58,146 nt of DNA, from contig JARDVH010000140.1 in the NCBI GenBank assembly GCA_030324005.1, positions 28,929,513 through 28,987,658 of the forward strand. Direction: 5' to 3'. Source of the DNA: Negaprion brevirostris (lineage: Eukaryota). Of the stretch, positions 50,857 to 58,146 are shown piece after piece. Every line of letters begins with the position of its first letter. Position 1 is the first letter of the stretch. The position numbers were made by a program, and so were the translations under genes. Under the pieces are notes generated by a model that was given only the letters and a program-made list of their open reading frames with translations, did no database searches and was not told the origin of the DNA.

Positions 50857-53456
50857 GTGAAAAATTGACGTGAGCTTTATGCAATGTAGCACATTTGTTC
50901 CTGCCCAATGTGTAAAATCTATCAGATGGCGCAGTAGCTATTAGGACCTTGGTGGTTGCTGGGATCACAGATGGAGTGTCGGACAAACAAGAAGCACTAA
51001 TTTCCCAACAGCTGAATGTAAATTTCAGCAACTTGCATTCCGAGCAACGGGCAGTGTTCTACAATAACCTCGCTGACACTTTATCTGGATGAGATTTTTT
51101 GCTGGCAGTGAAACAGTCTGCCAAGGTTTAAGCTTGTCCTCTTTTCATTCAAAACATCAGTGCAGAACACTGAGCTGCAGCAACCCTCAGATTGCTGATA
51201 CTCACATGGTTTGGGTTAGCCCCAAGCAACTCTTAGAACATAGAACAGTACAGCACAGTACAGGCCCTTCAGCCCTCGATGTTGTGCTGAGCTATGTCCG
51301 AACCCAAGATNNNNNNNNNNNNNNNNNNNNNNNNNNNNNNNNNNNNNNNNNNNNNNNNNNNNNNNNNNNNNNNNNNNNNNNNNNNNNNNNNNNNNNNNNN
51401 NNNNNNNNNNNNNNNNNNNNNNNNNNNNNNNNNNNNNNNNNNNNNNNNNNNNNNNNNNNNNNNNNNNNNNNNNNNNNNNNNNNNNNNNNNNNNNNNNNNN
51501 NNNNNNNNNNNNNNNNNNNNNNNNNNNNNNNNNNNNNNNNNNNNNNNNNNNNNNNNNNNNNNNNNNNNNNNNNNNNNNNNNNNNNNNNNNNNNNNNNNNN
51601 NNNNNNNNNNNNNNNNNNNNNNNNNNNNNNNNNNNNNNNNNNNNNNNNNNNNNNNNNNNNNNNNNNNNNNNNNNNNNNNNNNNNNNNNNNNNNNNNNNNN
51701 NNNNNNNNNNNNNNNNNNNNNNNNNNNNNNNNNNNNNNNNNNNNNNNNNNNNNNNNNNNNNNNNNNNNNNNNNNNNNNNNNNNNNNNNNNNNNNNNNNNN
51801 NNNNNNNNNNNNNNNNNNNNNNNNNNNNNNNNNNNNNNNNNNNNNNNNNNNNNNNNNNNNNNNNNNNNNNNNNNNNNNNNNNNNNNNNNNNNNNNNNNNN
51901 NNNNNNNNNNNNNNNNNNNNNNNNNNNNNNNNNNNNNNNNNNNNNNNNNNNNNNNNNNNNNNNNNNNNNNNNNNNNNNNNNNNNNNNNNNNNNNNNNNNN
52001 NNNNNNNAAACATTCCCGCTTTGATTGGACGCAGAGGGAGCGCACGGCACTCGCAATCAATGTTGTGTGCAATCAACATACACCTCAATTCACTTGCCCT
52101 TGCTTTACGTGCGTATCCCTTCGGCCACGTCAGTAGGCAAAAAACTAAGTGGATGGAAACTAGTGGAATGTGGCAAGCTGCACATGGGCAACAGTCAACC
52201 AAATGAGTGGGCTGTGAGATGGAGGGTGGGTTTATGGGATGCCCTGCAGGTGTTTAACGCCCTTACCCTGTCAGGCCCACGAATTGGACTTGTTAAAGAG
52301 ATTAGTGAGCCCGCTGTTGGATCAGGCGAGAAAAATGCAGGCCTCACAGCCAGCTTTTCTCCCCATGTTAAATAACGCTGTGTGTATTTTAAGAGGGGAA
52401 GTGAGTTTCACACCATCAGCTGGAGGCGCAGGGCCGGAAGAGGTGTGTCCTTTTTAAAGCACCCCAATCTCCAACTTAAATGAAAGACCTCCCTCACCAA
52501 GGCACTGCCCGGCTTTGTCCCTCATCACCCGGGCACTATACTCACCCCCGCACCCTCAGCGTGTTTATCACAACTCGTTTTTCGGTTTGAAGGCCAGTAG
52601 TGATTCGCGCTGCTGACTGGGAGGGAGGATAAAGTGTGGGTGGACGGAACTGCATCAAGGCCAGTAAATACATGTTAATTTATTAAAATGTATGGAAATT
52701 AGTCCTTGCCCTTTCTGGGTCTGAATCTGGTCATGTCACTGATAGGCGGCAGAGAAGATCTCTGTGGCGAAAATCCCATTTTGGCCCTCTCAAGACAGGA
52801 TTTGGCAGATGCTATGGGATTTGCACCCGTGGCTAATGTGGCTGCAAAATCCTGACCAGTTTTCAGTTTTATAGTGATTCTGAAGTACTTTCAGTATTGA
52901 CTATGAGTACTACCAGAAATTGTAGCTTGTAAATTGACCTGGTCTGTAAGACAAGTCCATTTTCTTGGTACCACAAATCATTCTTTTGCCTATAAGACGA
53001 CTCTTCCTTCTGCTGAAAAATGCTAGGCTTTGTTTGTTTATTTCTTTGTTTTTCACCTCAAATGAGTGTTTTACTCACCTTGTAAGTCGGTGCCTCTGAT
53101 CAGGCAGGGGATATAGAGCACGTTGCCAAGAAAATGTGCTTGATTTGAAGACACACCCACACACAGCAGACTGAGCATGGTGAATAACAAACGAAATGCA
53201 TTATCTGGCAAAAGGACTGAAGTACAAATCTGGCTTCAACCTAAAAGTTACAGCGTTNNNNNNNNNNNNNNNNNNNNNNNNNNNNNNNNNNNNNNNNNNN
53301 NNNNNNNNNNNNNNNNNNNNNNNNNNNNNNNNNNNNNNNNNNNNNNNNNNNNNNNCTAAGGCCAAATGCATCAGCAGAATGGGGATCAACTCCCGGTCTG
53401 ATATTGACAAGCAATTATTGGAACGGATTGTCAAAAATCATCATAATGGTTACCTC

Positions 53457-53549
53457 CTCACCCGGAAATACAAAACATGTGTACGCACTCACTCGAATAT
53501 ACAGAACATGTATACCCACTCACCCGGACATACAAAACATGTATACATA
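53457..53549. repeat. Minisatellite, 3 x 31 bp
   Basis: ctcacccggaaatacaaaacatgtgtacgca / ctcactcgaatatacagaacatgtataccca / ctcacccggacatacaaaacatgtatacata. Confidence 0.92.
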
Positions 53550-53807
53550 CTTAAGTGCAAATTAAACCTCATGACGAGTGAATATTTCAAGACAACAGCT
53601 AGTTAATGTAGCTACTTTATGGAATCAAAATGTCTAGTGTTGCAGTGTAAGACCAAAGTTGCTCAGAGATGGCCAAAAGACCACAAAGCCACCAATTTCC
53701 AACAAAACATCAGCAGACAGTGGCAAGAACACCACTCCCCATCATGTTACATTGGCAATATGGGTGAAATGCTGTTGAATTTTGATTTGCCTAGCAGCCA
53801 AATTGAG

Positions 53808-53970
53808 TGATTTGATTTATTGTTGTCAGATGTATTAACATACAGTGAGAAGTAGTATTTTTTGCTCACTATACAGACAAAGCATGCTGTTCATAGAGAA
53901 GGAAAAGACAGGGTGCAGTATGTAGTGTTACAGTCATAGGTAGGGTGCAGAGAAAGGTCAACCTCATACA
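53808..53970 (-). mobile_element. Rex/Babar-L2-type LINE 3' tail
   Basis: Same tail as 3628 and 12418. Confidence 0.75.
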
Positions 53971-54691
53971 AGGTACAAAAACAGAAAATGCTGGAAAATC
54001 TCAGCAGGTCTGACATATAAGGCAAAGCCATTGTTCCTGTAGCTGATAAGGACATATTCTTCAAATCTTTCCTTTGTGACTCCAATTTGAGGTGCGCCCA
54101 GCCCACCCCACTCCCCTCAGCCACTTGAACAATATTGAAATAAAGAATGGCCACAGTTGCTGGGCTACCATTGTGGAGGGGAACCTCTCCATAGGTTACC
54201 TGCAGCCACATTAATAGCCATCCAGATGGGAAGGGCTTCCTAACCTGTCTGGCGTGTTAGCCACCCTTGTTTACTGTGGGGAGGCTGCCTCCAGGCAGCT
54301 GGTCTGTTCCTGACTTTGACATCTAGTAGTTCTCTGACAGTTGATCTTAATTGGGCATAAGTTTACCAAGGTTATGTTACCCATCATTCATGGGTCAGTC
54401 ATCCTTCTGCATTAATCCTATCAGTGGGAAAATGGCATGGAGGTTGGTGGATGCTGGCAAACCAGGAGGCAGTGTAAATTTATATGCCTGCCCAATTCTA
54501 TTATTGTATCCATATCTGGGCAAAAAAATCAGCCCTTTGTCTCACATCCCATCTTCCCTTTGCCAGCTTGGCCAGATGGGCTCTCCAGACTGTGTTTCCA
54601 TGCTCTATAATCCTTGGTTGCAGAGGAAATAGCAATCTAGTTTGAGGCTTGGTTATAGCTACTGCCAGTTAAACTGCTGTTGTCACCCAGA

Positions 54692-54797
54692 AGGAAGTCT
54701 CACAACACCAGGTTAAAATCCAACAGGTTTATTTGATAGTTAACACCACTAGCTTTCGGAATGCTGTGGTTTCGTCAGGTGAGTGGAGAGTTCTGAT
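54692..54797 (-). mobile_element. Single arm of the same Penelope-like family
   Basis: gaagtctcacaacaccaggttaaaatccaacaggtttatttg... matches the arms at 13.9 kb and 36.7 kb. Confidence 0.75.
54746..54782 (-). ncRNA. Hammerhead motif with decayed stem II
   Basis: Minus strand UCAC-CUGACGA-AACCACAGCAUUCC-GAAA-GCUA-GUGG. Core boxes and stem I are intact; stem II cannot pair well. Confidence 0.5.
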
Positions 54798-54830
54798 CAC
54801 CACCACCACCACCATGCACCACTCCCACCC

Positions 54831-54833
<3 letters not shown>

Positions 54834-54867
<34 letters not shown>
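54834..54867. repeat. (CA)n microsatellite
   Basis: Perfect AC run of ~17 units. Confidence 0.98.
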
Positions 54868-54869
<2 letters not shown>

Positions 54870-55642
54870 CATCCATGCTTAAGTGTTGGCAGAATGGCGT
54901 GAATCACAACCCAAGTGCAGTCCGGGTGCACTTGGCGAGCAGACTCCCAGAGGATCTCCGGTAGGTTCAGAGCTCAGTGGGTTATGCCCAGGTGGTGATG
55001 CCCAATCAGTACCAGGATGCAATGCTGGGCAGTGCCAAGGTTCAGTGCTTGGGCCGTACTGATGGGGGGAGGGGGGGTGGTGGTGGGCGCAGGCTGCAAT
55101 CCGTTGTTGACTCTATGCTGAGGCGCCCTTTAAAAATGATGCCCTGATCCTCAGTTGACTAAATTGCTGGCAGGGAGGGCAAATCAGAACTCACCCTGCC
55201 AAGAATATGTCATGGGATTCATCCCTTGAAGTTTTTGTTTCAAAGTCGTGGACTATGTGGCTGAGAAAGCCGCCATTGCTGTCAGGGGCTTTATCGCCGC
55301 TGTTCCCACCGACCATCGACCTTTACCAATATCTGGGAACATCTTGCCCAAAGACTGCCATCTGGGTAAAGGTCCAGCCCAAGTGGTCTTCANNNNNNNN
55401 NNNNNNNNNNNNNNNNNNNNNNNNNNNAAAAAATCTGATTGTTACACCGATATGGGCAATTATAAATGCAAAGTTTGTTCATTTATGGACTTCTTAAATT
55501 TAAAATCTAACTGTACACTGTGCACGAACACCTTAGTGGGCTGAATGATCTTCTTTGCCAGTGCTGTTCCCTGAAGTTGTACATAAGATTTGTGGCTCAG
55601 GATTAACTCTTATGTCCCCTCACAACAGGTAGCTGTTGGGAG

Positions 55643-55726
55643 CACAAGGCAGGGAGGCCTCAATTTTGACCAGGCCCCATACTTCTATAACTGGCCTGGT
55701 CAAAATTGAGGCCTCCCTGCCTCGTG
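55643..55726. repeat. Hairpin with a perfect 30-bp stem and 16-nt loop
   Basis: aggcagggaggcctcaattttgaccaggcc (55647-55676) is the exact reverse complement of 55693-55722, extended by cac/gtg after one mismatch. Confidence 0.97.
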
Positions 55727-56404
55727 GGGTGTGTGTGCACCTGCCAGCGTGTGAGCCAACCCATTCTTCTGGCCTGTAAACACTAGCAGCAACAACCTTC
55801 CTGAGAAATTGTAAAATGGAAGAAACAGTAAATACTCTGGACTCCCGACAAACTGCTGCCTGTTACGCAACAAGCAAAATACCACAGATCTGAGGCAAAA
55901 ATAGAAAATGCTGTATGAAGTTCAACATCTGTGCAGACAACCAATGAGTTGACACTTCATTGTGCGCACTTCATGAATACAGCCCCACTTCTTATAATCG
56001 AGATGTTGGCGACAATGTGATATTGAGTTGATGGTGTGACAGAGAAATGTTTTAAAAATTCAACATGTATGTAGCCAATGGCTAACGGGAGCTCGAGAGG
56101 TCATACGGCATTACTAAAGACTGCTTCCTATTGCTGTTAACCATGTGACTGAAGCTGATTGGAGCTACCCAATGTCTCCATCAGATGTTTGCACCATCAA
56201 TAACTACCAGGAAGCAATGAAGACTTCTAATTAACTGATATGTTTAATCTGCAATCAGGCCATCCTCTGTGACAATGTCCTGGTTCTGTTCCTTTCTCTA
56301 TGATTCTAACATCAACCTGTGAATGTTGCAATAGCATATGTTGAATGAATGCAGCCATTATCAAAATAATCATCTTTTAAAAGTTCAGTAAGTTTTGAAC
56401 TGAT

Positions 56405-56755
56405 TGCATGGTGGCACAGTGGTTAGCACTGCTGTCTCACAGCACCATGGACCCGGATTTGATTCCAACCTTGGATGACTGTCTTTGTAGAGTTTGCTCA
56501 TTCTCCCCATGTCTGCATGGGTTTCCTCCAGGTGCTCCGGTTTCCTCCCACAATCCAAAGATGTGCGGGTTCGGTGGAGTGGCCACGCTACATTGCCCCT
56601 TAGTGTCCCAAGACGTGTCGGTTAAGGGGATTAGTAGGATAAGTATGTGCGGTTACCAGAGGGGTGGGCCTTGGTAAGAGGCTTTATCGAAGAGTTGGTG
56701 CTGACCCAGTGGGCTGAAAGGCCTCCTTCTGCGCTGTAGGAATTCTATGATTTTA
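56405..56755 (+). mobile_element. HE1/V-SINE, full length, tail type A
   Basis: Head, V-domain and tail ctgtaggaattctatga. Confidence 0.9.
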
Positions 56756-58146
56756 TGAAGTAGTTTAAATGTCATCATTATGATTGACTCCTTCAGCAGT
56801 GAGATAGTTCTTATTTGTCTGACATTGGTGACTCTTTGAGATAAGTAAGGATGGTGTAAATTGTGAGAACAGTCTTGCATAGCTAGCTACCAACACCATG
56901 GACAAAACTGCTACTCCCTCAGTATGGCCACTGTAATGCAGTCTTCTGTTTGGAACTGTTCCAAAAATACACATTATAGAGGATCAATTGTGTAAGCTCT
57001 GGAACCAAAATGAGGCAGCAGAGATGGCGTGCTCATCTCAGGGAGAATGTACAAACTTTAGGAAAATTGAGAGTTAGAACAGTTCAGAACAACTATCTTA
57101 TAACTGGCATGTCACTGTGTTTTACAAATTCAACAGCAGAGATTATTTTAATCATTGTCCCATTTTTGGTTGGCAACTGTTCTTAAATGAGAGTGAAGAT
57201 TGAATATGGTTTAAATGAGACAGAGTGGCAGAATGAAAATGCAACATTGTTGAGTAAATACATGTTGTGACTGTTTGCATTTGTGATCAGAACCACATAG
57301 GGCAGCCCATCTGTGCTTGCACTGTATATTGCTGTCAAACAGGCGGCCACCAGGGGCAAGGCACTTTCTGCTTCTGTTACCCGGTAAACGCTGCTTGAAA
57401 GGAATCCAGTGACATGATGTAGAACAAAGCAGAGCATGGCACAGGGGACCAGATGTCATTTCCACCTGCTAACCGCTCTTTTGTTCCATTCCCCCCCCAC
57501 CCTCGCCTTGGGGCTTACAAGCATTGTTATCTTTGTTCTTCCATCCCCCCACCCTACATTAATCCCTCAGCACAGAACAGTTGCTTGAGTTTGCTTCTTG
57601 CCTGAAGGCTACCCATCAGCTGAAGACTTGCCCTCCGGGAAAAGCGTGCTTACTCCTACCATGCCTCACAATAAGTACTGTCACCACTCACTGTGCAGCC
57701 CATTGAGAGGGATCCCCATAGCAAATATTTGCCAGTCTTGCCAATGAGTCGTGTAGGCAGTGAGGAAAATCTAATTTTTCCGAAGCAGTGTACTATGCAT
57801 CTAAAAGTGCATAAACAGTAGGGTGTTGAGTATACCGTACTGCCAAGTGTTTGTGCTTGCATCGGTAACAGGCAAGGTGGGTGGTGAGTGGGCCGCATGA
57901 GTGGCCCTCCTTCATCTCAGTGGACCGCAAGATTGAATTTGGGCTTCTTCACTAACCCTGAACCCATGAATAAGATTAAACACGCTTAAAACATGCCAAG
58001 TATTTCGTAATGAGTTGTAGAAAATGCTTAATGGTTTGTAGATTAGTATAACATCAATTTCAAATGGTAAAAACAAAAAGAGCATTTACACTTTGGATGC
58101 GTGGCTCTCACAGTAAATGTTGCGCAGAATCAGAATGCACCTCATT

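Larger units (their letters stand above)
4393..58146 (+). other. GOSR1: Long GOSR1 intron (at least 53 kb), continuing past the window end
   Basis: Reading by eye found no sequence for the next expected exon (LTGVNDKMAEY...LQRHRDILQ) or later exons. Exons could lie in N gaps. Confidence 0.65.

Noticed and set aside
51089-52202. Longest ORFs in the track (250-330 aa), and likewise those at 19201-19794
   Set aside because: They are open only because they run through N gaps.
53457-53549. Regularly spaced ~30-bp repeats as a possible CRISPR-like array
   Set aside because: The units abut with no unique spacers, the context is vertebrate and there are no cas genes.

Overview
Eukaryotic draft-assembly DNA with many N gaps, almost certainly from a cartilaginous fish (shark-like), judged from dense HE1/V-SINE, DeuSINE-like, CR1, Rex/L2 and Penelope-like repeats. 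The only firmly identifiable gene segment is one 88-nt coding exon of GOSR1 (Golgi SNARE GS28; SDTTPLLNGSSQDRMFETMAVEIEQLLAK, + strand, 4305-4392). No other GOSR1 exon was found, so the remaining ~54 kb is most simply one very long intron, unless exons are hidden in gaps. Nearly all ORFs in the supplied track are spurious or repeat-derived. The most interesting items in the intron are: (i) palindromic Penelope-like insertions with ~13-bp TSDs carrying minimal type-I hammerhead ribozyme cores, where every recognisable core is antisense to GOSR1; (ii) an unassigned, stop-free, symmetric 210-nt exon candidate (32466-32675) bracketed by an inverted SINE pair; (iii) a ~195-bp inverted repeat 2.1 kb apart whose transitions favour G-U pairing on the sense strand; (iv) a perfect 30-bp hairpin; (v) candidate recursive splice sites. 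Repeat family names come from remembered consensus features, not database searches, and repeat boundaries are approximate.
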